Positions 47,401 through 59,600 of a stretch of 64,000 bases of DNA are shown piece by piece (positions within the stretch are counted from its first letter, which is position 1; each line of letters starts with the position of its first letter). A model generated the notes under the pieces. That model was not told the origin of the DNA. It saw only the letters and a program-made list of their open reading frames with translations, and did no database searches. Position numbers and translations under genes: made by a program. The stretch lies in assembly GCF_035594765.1 (NCBI RefSeq), contig NC_085847.1, positions 8,742,001 to 8,806,000 on the forward strand. The letters run 5' to 3'. The stretch is from Anolis carolinensis. Its lineage: Eukaryota.

Positions 47401-50400
47401 AAGCAAACGTGAGATAGCCAGCTCCCAAACATCACAAGGCTAGCAGCTGATGTTAGGATGAAGGTTTTTAGTGATAACAGCAGCTAAAGCGGAATTGTAC
47501 TGCTTTAATATGAAAGGGCTTCAGGAAGCTTGACGTTACCTCTCACTGGGGTAAAAATGTTGTAAATAAATATATAAATTCCATAATCAGAATCGCAACA
47601 CAACAGGTCTTTTATAATTTATTTTACCTAAAATTGTAGCCAGGGTATAACGCCTCACTGGTTTTCTTGTCATCCAGGCGTCGGAAACCATACTTGGGTC
47701 CACAACGGTGACGCCATTTATCCAGGTTACAATCCCAATTAATTTCAATGCCCATGATGCCACCCTTGAAAGAAAGAGAAAAATGAGCCCTTTTTAAATA
47801 GGGTTGATGATCAGCAGAGAAAAAGAGATGTAATTAGCTTCAAAAACTGAATTGCATTCCTTTAGCAAAGTTGTCTCCTCTGAGATGCTTGAAGCCAAAG
47901 TACTTAATTTAAGTCTGTCCAGGTTCCCATGAAGTCATGACTGTGGCACCTGGATTTCAGGACCTTATCTTGGATCTGCTGGGAAGGCCTAGTTCACCTG
48001 CTTTTCATGCCCTGCATTCTCAAATCTAATCTACACTCCCTTGAAACCTCCTCATCTTCCCAAGGCATTTTCTCTAGGGATCCAGTCCTTTCAGTTTCAC
48101 TGGTTGCCTGAGAACAATCTAAAGAATACAAAGCATCAGTCGGGTCAGGCTGACCTGTCTGCAATTCTCCCTGAACACTGATGCTTCATTTTGAAACTCC
48201 TTGTCCTCTGAATCCTCTGACGCTTGCCAGACTACAACAGAGAGTTCAGCTTTATTTTGCTTACCCTGAGATATCTATACAAAGAAAATAATAGATGGCC
48301 AAATATCTGTCAAAAAAAGAAAAGAAAAGAAAAGAAAGAAGATAGTCTTCTATAAAAATAAGCCATGCCACAGACCTGAACAGCCACCTCTGAAAAGTTC
48401 TCTCCAATTGCCTGGAGGATATCTCCTAGCCGGAAAATGGGACAGGAAGAAGCCGTTCTCTCATTGTATGTGCAGGAAGTATTAAATTCTGGTGAAATAT
48501 TTCTTCTGCAAAAAATCAGGGGAAAAGTCAATACTGAACTCTTTATAGTACACCACTTCTATACACCTGGCCTGCGGAAAGGGAAGGCAACTATCCAAGG
48601 CAGGCAATAAAAAAGACTTGAGTTTATTTCACACTCCAGCATCCAGACATGCAGATCACCCGATCCATTTTTAAAACAGGAACAGCTGAAACAGACATGG
48701 GTACTTACGTTGTGTAATTAAACTTTGGAAAATGGATGTTATTTTTGATGAGGACGGTGAAGTTTTCAGCACTCCTCAGAATGGCAGGCCTGGAAGGAGA
48801 GACCACACACTACAGAAAGGTTTGAACAAGCCCAGCTGCTAAAGACTATAAGCATAATCATACTCTTTAAGCATTAGCTTAAACTGTGGGTCCCAGCACT
48901 AAATGGGGTGTCCTTCGCTCAGAGTTGGGGTCCCAAAAATTTGTCAAAGTAAAAAGTTTCTGAATACCACCTAGTGGCTGTTTTAGGCATTTACAGGAAT
49001 CTTTTGTGCAGGACTTACAATGGAGTCTGCAGAAGATGCTTCCGCTGTACTTCATAAAAAGGAAAATCAGTCTGTTTTGCAAGGCTGATTTGTTATCAAT
49101 AAATGTTTGATTTTATACCAATTTTACATACCTATATTTCTGGGGTCATGTAAACATTTCTCCCACGGAAGGAAAGGGGTCCCAAGTGGAAAAGTTTAAG
49201 GAACCCTGAGCTTGAAAGCCATTGTGGATTTCATGTTGATATAATTGAAAAGCCTCCAGAAAATCTGAACTGCCCTCATAAAGATAGTAGTTACTGTTGT
49301 AAATAAATCCACATGGCTTCATGACCACCATCCAGCTAAATGCTAATGAGAAGAAAGGAGAATGGAGGCAATCCAAAGACAGACATGATGGACTATGCCT
49401 TACTCAGGGGCACTTTTCATTGATTCCACAGGACACCATGCTTTCACCTCACACGTTTTCAATGTTGCATTGTACTGCACACATTTCCCGGTCTGGATTC
49501 CTGCAGGGAGAAGGCAACTTTTATTCAACAAACATCACCTTGAAGTTTATTTACTTTGTGTTTTCAGTTTCACCATGACTCTTTGAAAAAGAAATAACAA
49601 AGTGTGCTCTGGCACATCAAAGATTTAATACATTCACTCTTGTATGACCTCTTGCGTACTATAGCATCTGTTTTTCTTTGAGTTGCCCATCACGGATCAA
49701 GTACAAAACAAATTGCTCAGTAATGCAATGGAAGACAACTTTGAACACACTACAAAGGGCTTTTGCAGTGAATTAACAAGATTACATTTACATACCATTA
49801 CTTAAGGGATCCACGCCACCTTTCATGCAACTTCTGTCGGTAGAACAAATTGCTTTGGCAATGGGGAACTGAGCAAAAGAAAAATTGGAAGGTTAAATAT
49901 GTCTCTATGCATCTACTTACAATATGTGTGTATATTATTTTTTCTAGTTATGTTGTTCATGTAGCAGAAATGATCCCACTCACTCCTAAACAGACTTGGG
50001 AGAAGACCACTCTTTGTAACAGAAATATCTGTTTGTCAAAGGGGAGAAAAAGTCACCACAAAGCATACATTTCTAGACACAGTCACTCATCCACACATAT
50101 GACACCAAACAACCGCTGCATACAAAGTGCCTGCAGATTCATAATGTACAAAACAAACAGTTTCAACTAGTTGTGACATGCACTTCCTTTCCACTCAATG
50201 GGCTCAAATAGGTGGAAAGATGAATCGGCATCTATATAGTGTCGCTATAGTAATGAGACATGAATTCCAAACATCTGCTCTTCATTGAATAATTACACAC
50301 CCGCCCCCCGAGATTCGAATAACACTCACCTCGGGGCACACTCCCTGGGTCTGGCTTTCTGTCATGATGATATTGGTTACCACAAAAAAGGAATTTATTC

Positions 50401-53015
50401 CCTACACAGGAAAAAGTGGGGACAGGAGACAATCAGTATAGAGCATTTCTCAGGCAACCCCTTTCCACCTGAGAAATTTTTACATGACCCCAGGTTTATA
50501 TAAAACAGGGATAAAATCAAACCTGTACTGATAACAAATAAGCATTTGCAAAGCTTACTAAACACCCTGATTTTCCTTTTTGTGGAGTACAGCTAAGTCC
50601 ATTGTAAACACTTCATCTTGTTGCTCACAGATTCATGTAAATGGGGAGTATTCAGAAACCTTTTACTGATGCCAAATATTTTGAGCAAGAAAGGCCCCCT
50701 TTGAGATCAGGACCCACAGTTTAAGAAGCAGGGGCATCAAGTAGTCAAGCCTAAAACCACATTCCTGGATGCTGATTGAGCTGGACCCTGCATCTGATCC
50801 AGCAACACTCTCTTTATGCCTTTATAACCCAACAGTGAAAAAATTGCATATTATTTTCCTTTATATTTTGCCTTTTCCCAAGACTAGGACTCAAAGCAGA
50901 TGAGACATTTAATTAAACATAAATTAAAAGTGAACGGCAGTCAGGGACATCACTAGAAGCCCGGTATGTCCATTCCACCTTCAATACCAAGACTCACCTG
51001 CATGGGAATGGTATATTCCGCTGTGTCCCAAATCCTCATATCTGTCTGAGACACCCCTTTCACTTTGGTGTGCACTGAGCTGATGACATTGTCCTTCTTC
51101 TGATAGCGTTTGTCAGCAATAAGAACAACACTAAAGAGACAAAATGGGAAACGGCTTGGAGTGTCACACCTCATGAGCTCTCCCCCATCTTCCCATGTAC
51201 CCATTTTTCAGATGAAAGACTGCAGTTTAGAGAGAGGGAGATATCCTTTGTAGGGTTGATGGGAATAAAATAGCATGTTACATCCCACCCTTGTCCCTTT
51301 CAATAGCAATTCAGTGTGCATAACTATTTCTGCCACATGGTCATTCAAGTTATAGGACATGTATCGTCCGCCATCCTTTGTCATCCTCTAACTCCACTTC
51401 GAGATAATAGTGCATATTGTTTGTTCTGTGAATACGTACATATTTGGAAAGTATCTCTTTAAGAGTCCCTGGCAACAGCATAATATTCATTCTGTGTGGG
51501 TGGAAATGTCATGTGCCAACCTGACAAAGCTGGGCTTGTCTAGAAGAAGGCCCTCCTCGTGTTAACCCAATGCCCAAGTGTGCCTTTGGAAATAAAACGA
51601 CATTACGGATGAGATTGGCTTTGTCTACGCTTGGCACAACCCAAATGGTTTTCCCATTCATCAAACAAAGTTCCTTTCACTTTCCGCCACTGCCTTTGGT
51701 CATATTTTCCCTAATGAAGATATCTCAAAAGTTTAGCATACACATTTCTACTCATTTGTTTGGCCAAATTTTAAAAATACATTGTTATGGATTTTGGACT
51801 AATAAGACAATCCACATGAACTGGCATGGTTCAATGTTATGGAATCCTGGGAGCTGTAGTTGGTGAGGTACCTGCACTCTAAGGGCAGAGAAGGCTAATG
51901 GCTTTGTAAAATAACGTCCAGGATTTCATGGCATTGTGCCAAGGCAGTTGAAGTGGTACCAAACTGCATTCATACTACAGTGTAAATGGATTCTAAGTTT
52001 CTCTCTTTCTGGCAAGGAGAAGAGAAGGAGGGTCCTACAGTCTCTCATCTGATGAATAAATGGAGCTGGTCTAGTCTTCCTCCTGCTATAAGTTGTCATC
52101 TTGCTTAGGAATTGGATGAGAGACCAACCACCAGCAAATATCAAGAATCATGAGAGAAAACTAGGATACAATTCTGGCTAAAGCCCTGAAGTATTCCTGC
52201 CAGACAGCACTGCCAGGACTGGCTGGCAGGCTCTGATTCAACATAAGGGAGGTTCTTACGTTATTCTCATCTTCTTGGAAGACAATGAATGAGTCCAACA
52301 TATTCCTGTGAGGAGATGAACTGATCATGCCCACACTTATCAATAAACCATGACATCAAGAGTGGCATAGGAGAGATCCAAATCAGGTGCAGATCTACCA
52401 ACACCGCATTTTGTTTTTCCCGAAGTGGCACACTTTGGGGAAATCAAAAGTTTGGCTGAGTTTAGGATTGTCCCCAGAGCAGTCCAGCTGCTATTACACT
52501 CTAGTTTCTGCCATGAAGTGGATTGAAATAAGCTACCACTAAAGTTTTTTTTTATTGCACTGTTAAAACGATCTAATCAAAATTCTCCAACTGGGAGGCA
52601 GTCTGTTAAAAAAATCAAATGCAACAAAACAATAAATCAAGAAGCAGAATGCAAGACCAAGATGAAACTGAAAGGAAAAATAGATCTACTAGCACTATGC
52701 AGCCATATGGAAGCACCAAAACAATCCTTTGTTTTTACCTTAACTTTCAGATGCAAATTCAACTCACCTCCATCAATACTTACTTACATCAGGTCACAAG
52801 GATTTGGTTTCAACGGTAATCCTTTTCCAAGCCTTGCAGCCCCAAACCAGCTTTTTTTCACCTACCCAACTTTGCCTTCTTTTCACTTACCTGACGTATG
52901 TGAAGACAACGGTATGAATGGCCCATTTGAGGCTCCCATAGAAAATACTCTGGAAGCGCACAACTTTGTTAGTCTCATATTCGCAGATGTTCTTCAGAGA
53001 GCTGCAGGCAGCCAT
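43941..53015 (-). CDS. P2RX7: P2X purinoceptor 7, whole CDS: join(52891-53015,50998-51130,50330-50401,49796-49868,49404-49500,48709-48789,48376-48505,47628-47764,46824-46917,46328-46393,46044-46160,45625-45723,43941-44435), ~572 aa
   Basis: [50 protein letters not shown] and the long C-terminal ballast (WCSC...LCCRRK...LRHCAY...[10 protein letters not shown]...YTGF). 13-exon P2X7 structure. Confidence 0.95.
44862..45182. mobile_element. Tc1/mariner-type MITE, copy 4
   Basis: Same TIRs, TA flanks, in P2RX7 intron 12. Confidence 0.88.
45190..45460. mobile_element. Probable Chapaev-like DNA transposon remnant
   Basis: tatctcaaaaactagagct subterminal motif, inverted agctctagtt, terminus ...gtgttggccggtg; family assignment from memory. 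Confidence 0.4.
45625..45723 (-). CDS. P2RX7: P2RX7 exon 12
   Basis: [33 protein letters not shown]. Confidence 0.92.
46044..46160 (-). CDS. P2RX7: P2RX7 exon 11
   Basis: [39 protein letters not shown]. Confidence 0.92.
46328..46393 (-). CDS. P2RX7: P2RX7 exon 10 (TM2)
   Basis: [22 protein letters not shown]. Confidence 0.95.
46824..46917 (-). CDS. P2RX7: P2RX7 exon 9
   Basis: [31 protein letters not shown]. Confidence 0.95.
47628..47764 (-). CDS. P2RX7: P2RX7 exon 8
   Basis: [46 protein letters not shown]. Confidence 0.95.
48376..48505 (-). CDS. P2RX7: P2RX7 exon 7
   Basis: [43 protein letters not shown]. Confidence 0.95.
48709..48789 (-). CDS. P2RX7: P2RX7 exon 6
   Basis: [27 protein letters not shown]. 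Confidence 0.95.
49404..49500 (-). CDS. P2RX7: P2RX7 exon 5
   Basis: [31 protein letters not shown]. Confidence 0.95.
49796..49868 (-). CDS. P2RX7: P2RX7 exon 4
   Basis: [25 protein letters not shown]. Confidence 0.93.
50330..50401 (-). CDS. P2RX7: P2RX7 exon 3
   Basis: [24 protein letters not shown]. Confidence 0.95.
50998..51130 (-). CDS. P2RX7: P2RX7 exon 2
   Basis: [44 protein letters not shown]. Confidence 0.95.
52891..53015 (-). CDS. P2RX7: P2RX7 exon 1
   Basis: [42 protein letters not shown]; donor GTAAGT. Confidence 0.93.
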
Positions 53016-54249
53016 TGGCAGGGGAGAAAAGAGATCTCTTACTGTACTAGCCTCTCCGAGAACAACAGTTCCTTGGATTCTGGCTCCACACCCAAACAGG
53101 CAGGGAAAGCCAGCGACTTAAAGCTGCAGGGAGAGGCAAAAGAGCAAAGGAAGAGAAATCAAATAAATCATCAGAAGGATGCTGAAGCCATTGCTGCTTT
53201 CAACCTGTTGCTGCTGCTTGCTTTTCTTTCAAAGGAAATCATGCTGCAGGCAAGAAAAGTGAAAGTAAAGGAAACATTTCAGAGCTTTATTTGTAATCAT
53301 ATACGGAAAGTCTTTTAATCTCTTTTGTGTCAATTTGGATGGTACTTTCCTCACTCTTTCTATATTTAACAGTATTTTCAAAACAGCTTTAAAACCAGTG
53401 TTTGAATGTGACTTTTTTTACACATATTGTTTTAACTCTTATCTGGTTTAGCTGGGTCCAGTAGTACCAGTAGGTGAAACTGAGAAAAAAATATAGTACA
53501 GGACTGTCCAGTGTGTGTTAAAGAAAGATAGATTTCAGAGAAAATAACGAAATTCGAGCACCTTAAAAACTAATCCTGAATCCTATGGCTGGCCCCAATC
53601 AGAGTAGACTATATTGAATGAAATAGGTTTACATCATAGCTGAATCCGCAGCCAACAACGGATACAGTGGGGATTTTTCTAGTTGGAATTAACAATTGGA
53701 TTTACCTATACCGTTTACCCACCCAGGGCCATCCAATCCAGCTGGTTCTCTTCCCTCTCCAAACCAGTAAGCCGGGCGGATGGCCACAATGTGGCCAAAG
53801 CACCTCTGTTTCCTGACCCCAGCTACTTTGTCTCCTGCTTTGTTGTTTTTAATCCCCACCCCACCCCCGGGCCCCAGACTCAGAGCAGCTTCCAAAATAA
53901 AATGGCAAACATTCAATGCCAGTACAAAACCTAATAGACAATTATCAAACAATTAAACATAAATTAATCAAATATATATAACACATAAAAATAAAATATA
54001 TGAAAAAATAGAATTGCACAGATTAAAATTCACATCAAATAATATATCAGCATAATTTAAAATTGTTTGTTGCCAGCAACGTCTCACAGCAGAATCGGTG
54101 GTAGACTATTTTCCTTCCTCTCCGTGAGCTAATTCACATAAATGGGTTTTAAGTCGTTTTTTAAAAGAGAGGAGTGATGGGGCCATATTAATTTCTTTAG
54201 GGAGTTCCAGAGGGATGGGGCGAGCACGGAAAAGAACATCTCTCACAAC

Positions 54250-55015
54250 CAGACACAGTGAAGACATCTGCCCTTGCGCTTGGCTACTCTGCTGCTGAAT
54301 ACGCAGGCCCAGTGTCAAATACATCTCACCACGTTCAAACAGTGGATGTGACTCTTAATGAGACATGCCGCATTGTTATTATAGGATGTCTACGTCCAAC
54401 ACTGCTGAAAACATTATACTGCTTAGCCGTTATTGCACAACTTGATATCCGTCAGGAAGTAGCAACTTGTAACGAAAGGACCAAAGGCATTGACATATCT
54501 GGCCCATCCTCTGTTCGGATATCAACCAGCATGCCAACGCCTTAAATCAAGAAACAGCTTCCTAAAATCTACAGAGATTCTCGCAGGAACACCTCAGCAA
54601 GCAAGAGTCCAAAAGTGGCAGGCTAAAACCCAGAACCTCAATCAGTGGCAGACGCCGGATGAGAGACTCCCTCCTGGGCACGCAGAAGACTGGGTGACTT
54701 GGAAGGCACTGACCTGACTTTGCTCTGGCACCACGAGATGCAGAGCCAGCCTTAAGAAATGGGGCCACAAAGTGGAGTCCGTGACACGAAAGTGTGGAGA
54801 AAAGCAACCCGCAGACCACTTACTCCAATGCAGCTTGAGCCCTGCCACATGCACAATGGAAGACCTTCTCACAGCCACACCAGAGGCCTTACTCCAAGTG
54901 GCCAGATTCTGGTCCAAGGACATTTAGTATCATGGCAAGTTTTAAACTTTGTTTGTAGTTTTTCCATACATTATAACTGTATTCTCAATTCGCTTCTGAC
55001 ACGATAAACAAATAA
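54250..55015 (+). mobile_element. Vingi/Ingi-clade LINE 3' fragment
   Basis: KTSALALGYSAAEYAGPV...VDVTLNETCRIV..GCLRPT, HPLFGYQPACQRLKSRNSF, WVTWKAL; tail ttctgacacgataaacaaataa. Confidence 0.8.
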
Positions 55016-55099
55016 CTAGAAACCAATCGTTACCATCTGTGGGAAACTGGCTTGAGTAAAATCAAATATTTTTTCTCCTAAAATAACTTTTAACAGGTA

Positions 55100-55480
55100 A
55101 TTTCCCTTTCCCACTCCCCCCCCCCCGCAATGTCCAATATACACTGCGCGTGCGCCAACACTTGAACCCGCCCCCTGCCATATCACACTCCGCGCATGCG
55201 CAATTTTGGTCCGTTCCTTCCCAAGCCCTTGGCCCGCCACCATGTTGGTCACGTGAGCGGAATCGCCGCCTCGACCGTACGCTAGCAACCGTTGCCAAGG
55301 GCTTTGGCAAGTGGCTTCGCCCCGGTGGGAAGCCGGTGCCCGTTGAGCCGGGCGTTTTGAGGAGGAACGAGGTAAAAGGAAGAGGTGGGGAAGAGTGCTC
55401 CGGGAGGAATATGCAGCTACTGTTTGCCTCGACTCCGGACGCTGGAAGCTAGGCCGCTGTTGGCATGGCAACATGAGGCC
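55100..55480 (+). promoter_or_regulatory. IFT81 CpG-island promoter and non-coding exon 1 (donor after 55371)
   Basis: NRF1-type TGCGCGTGCGC (55145-55155) and GCGCATGCGC (55192-55201); E-box GTCACGTG (55248-55255); RFX X-box-like CTAGCAAC/GTTGCCAAGG (55282-55300) and GTTGGCATGGCAAC (55459-55472); GAG|GTAAAA donor. Confidence 0.8.
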
Positions 55481-56509
55481 ATAGGGTGTTTATTAGTATC
55501 CTTGCCTCGCCTTTTTGATGGAGCAACAGAAGCCCAAGCTGGAGGGAAGTCTGCAAATGTGTTTTAATCAGAGTCCTATATCCCAGAACATCAAGGCAGA
55601 AAATCCCACAAGGTCTGCTTTGAACTGGGATATCTGAGTCCACACTCAGATATTGTGGGATTTCCTGCCTTGATGTTCTGGGATATAGAGCTGTCTGGAA
55701 GGGCCCATAGAAAGCAAGGGGGGGATCTGGGGAAGGAGTCATGAAAACCAAAGAGGAAAGGGTTGCCAATGTCATTCTTAACAGCCTTCCTTGCTGGTGT
55801 TGCCCAGACTCCATCTACACTGCCATCTAAACAAGTTTCCGAATCCAGATGATTTGCTTTGAACTAGAATATATGGCAGTGTACACCGTATATATATATG
55901 GCAGCTCTGGATTCAGAGACTGGATTAGATGGCAGTGTAGATCCAGCCTCAGAGTATTATTATTGTGTTTATATCCCGCTTTTTTTCCATATGGAGACTC
56001 AAAGCAGCTCACAACTACAAACATTGCAATACAACTTCAACTATACAAATATACAAGTATTAAAACAGTATTCAACATCATTAAAAGCATATAAAATCAT
56101 AGCACCTCCTGATGATCTTTAAAAACTTCTTTAAAAGCTTGCTTGGAGAAAAAGATTTAGCCTGCCACGGGAAGGAAGGACAGCAGGGAGGGGGTCATTC
56201 TGGCTTCCCTGGGAAGAAGGGAGTTCTAGAGTTGAGGGGCATTTGCCACCGAGAAGGGGCATTTGCCACCAACTGAGCTTGAGATGGAGGTGGGACTGAG
56301 AGGAGGGCCTCTCCTGAAGGAAATGTAGTTGGCCAAATAGCCTGGACCTGACCCATCTAGGGCCCTAAAGGTCATAACCAGCACTTTGAATTGGGCATGC
56401 CATTTCCTGCCCCCAGGTCCAGGCACTGGACTGGCACAGATCTTGTGATCCCACTTGCTTTCAACTCCTCTCTCCTTCTGCTCTTCTAGGGAGTGTCCAG
56501 CCAGCCATC

Positions 56510-56653
56510 ATGAGTGACCAACTGAAATTCATTGTGGAGAAGCTCAACAAAGAGCCCTTCAAGAGAAACTTCAATTTAATCACGTTTGACTCGCTGGAAT
56601 CGACACAACTCTTACAGCTGCTCAATGACATCCTGGGAGAAATTGACCCCAAA
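56510..56653 (+). CDS. IFT81: IFT81 first coding exon
   Basis: [48 protein letters not shown]; acceptor at 56488-56489. Confidence 0.95.
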
Positions 56654-59600
56654 GTAAGGATGGCCTTTGAGATCATGACATAGGCTTGTGGACTTGTTTC
56701 TATGAGATTGAGGTCCAACATTTCCGTCAAATAACCTGAATTTTAGGAAAGCCACATTATTGGACTATATTATTACTGCCACACTTTCTTCTCTTAAACA
56801 AGACTAAAAACAGCTCACAACACAACATATAAACGTTCAGAATTTTTTTTTGACGTAGATCAGTTAAATCATATTGTTAATATCACCTAAAACTGTTACA
56901 GACTGTAAAATATTTTTTCTCTTTCACACATGGCCCTATATTAGCTGTAGGTTTAATCATTTGTTTATGAAATATAATGGTGCCTTACTTAGATAAATAC
57001 ATTTTGCGTTAGTGGCTCATTGGTAGAACGTATGATTTACATTCAGACGATCAAAGTTCAAATTTTGACAGCTCAAGGTAGACTTGGAAAAGGTTATAGT
57101 CTGAAACTTTGAAGAGACACAACTGTCAGCTGAAATAATTCTGAGCTAGATTAACCAATGATCTTACTTGGTAGAAGATAGTCCTGTGTTTCTGTGACAA
57201 TCTGATCAGGTTAAAGAGTTCCTGGAAGGAAAATGATAAGAGTTTAAATGTGGCCTGCCTTGTTACATATGCAACCTTTCACTTTTGCTCTCACAGAGCC
57301 CCCAATGGGCAGTTCATATGTATTCTTCTAGGTTTTGTTTTACTTGTATTGCAAAGTTTGTCTTGTTAATTATAGCTTTGCTATTTTTAAACCTTTCAGC
57401 ACGCTGTTGACATTAGAGAAGAGTTGCCAGAACAGACAGCTAAACGGATGTTGAGCCTTCTTGGCATTCTTAAATATAAACCTCCAGGAGGTACCAGTGA
57501 CTTGTAAGTATTTATGTTCTGTTGGTAATTATTAAATTCAGCTACTAGCAAAGATATTTGAATCTGTAAACATTTATATATTTTTAAAAAAATGTTGTCA
57601 CTTGCCAGAAAATTATATTGCTAACATATGTCATGTTATATCTTAGTCTTACTAGCTATTCATTGGATACACGTTCACTCTGAAAATGAATATGTGTTTC
57701 AGAGAGCTTTCATTGCTTTAGGACTGGGTGTGAAGGTGAATTTAGAATGGACAGTGGTTAAAACTGAGGCACTAGACACAAGAATGTATGACTTGTGAAA
57801 CATTATCCAGACCCTAGTGGTAATTTTGACATGTTGGAATGTATAATAATGTTCCCTCTCTAAAAACGTGTTTGAGTGTGCAGAATCAAGTTGTGTTCAA
57901 CTCAGACACTCAGAAGCAGAAAATAAAATTAAGTGGCATAAGGTGCAATTCAATCAGATGAAATCAAACAAAGCATGCACGTTGTATTAAGGGATATTTC
58001 ATGACAATTCGGTTTCTTCCAAATGGCTGAATCCTGTCTACTAAAGCATGTAATTTCTGCTTTGCCAATACGCTATATTAGCTGGGACAACAAGTACCTA
58101 GTGAGGAAAATCAGTTGATTTTTTTTGTCTTCGAAACTATATGTGACAAGTGACCAGAATTTGGAGGCACTGTTTACAGCTGTACTTGTGAGAAATGTTG
58201 TAGAATGCCTACAATGTGCATCAGTCCATATGGAGTCTGCAATAAACCTTGCCAAGAAAATCCCATGACAGATTTACCTTAGGATTGCTCTATATTGGAA
58301 GTGACTTGAAGGCACACAAAAATAAGTGCATGGAGTTAATGTAGGATTTTGTAAGGCCTAATTTTTGTTAAGTTTCCTACAATCCCAATTGTAAGCAACA
58401 AAGTCTAGAGAAAATCAAGCTGCCTGTGTTCTTTATGTTGAACGCTAGAGGGTGGTATTATTCCATCAGTAATTGAGTTTCTGCTAAACTCGGCTTGCCC
58501 AACATGGACACACTATGGATTCAGATGACGAAACTGAAGACATGACTGCATTCATACATGTGAAGATTTAGTAATATCTGCTAGCCAGGACTACATGCTG
58601 GATTTGATGTTTTGAGCACTCGCTACACATTTCCATAAAGTTTCAGGAACACTGATTTTGCAGACAACTACATTCCCATGTGTGGAGATGCAGAAATTTA
58701 AAAAACGGAGGGAGTGGTAGCTTCTGTTTGGAACCTCATTGTCTGAAACCACTAACAAAGATAGGTAATATTGTTTGAAATGGGGAAATAGCTTTGGCAA
58801 AGGAGTTAAGAGAAGTGAGCAGGGGCAGCAGATAAAGGAAACTAGTAGCATGAAAAAACAACATGGGGGAATGTGGGTTTTAATGGAAGAGAACTGATAG
58901 ATGGCTTGATGATTGGAGAGAATAATAGCAATGATAATAACAGCAACAATCTGCCTCGAGCCATGAGGAGAGGCGGGTAAGAAATGAAATTATTATTATT
59001 ATCATTATTACTACTACAGTGTAGTATGAACTGGAGCAAAGTAAGACAGGAGAAGTGGAGACTGATGTAGGGATGGCATTTGATCTGAAGCAGGGAAAAA
59101 CCACATTGATAGCAACATAAAGGGTCTCCCAGATGCCAGCTGGACACATTTTCCCACTTTTCTCATCACTGAAACGTATTGTTCTTCTGAATTAAACTGG
59201 ATGTGCACTTAACTTTTATATCTGGTGATAAGATGTATTTTTAAGTTGTAGAATAAAAGCCAACTCTCCTGTCCATTGAGAGATAGTTACATAGCTCAGT
59301 AGTACAGCACCTGCTTTGCATGCAATATATTCTAGGTTCAGTCCCTGGCGTCTCCAGTTCAAAGTATGAGAGACATGATGATGTGAAAAACTTTCCTTTG
59401 CAAAATCTCTGGCCAGTTGGAATAGACAATGCTGAACAAGATGGACAAAACGTGGTCTGTCTTAAGGTCATTTCCTATGTTCTTTGTACTCCTCCAGAAG
59501 AGCTCATGCTGCTGTGTGAGTCACTGATTTGGCCTTTCACATCATTGCAAGGAAGGAAGACTAGTCCATAGCAGTGACTCATGCAGAGGGACAACATGCA

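Noticed and set aside
52662-53318. 218-aa plus-strand ORF antisense to P2RX7 exon 1
   Set aside because: No recognisable domain; most likely a shadow of the opposite-strand exon plus chance.
59288-59360. tRNA gene
   Set aside because: A/B boxes only, no intact cloverleaf, and it continues into a SINE body.
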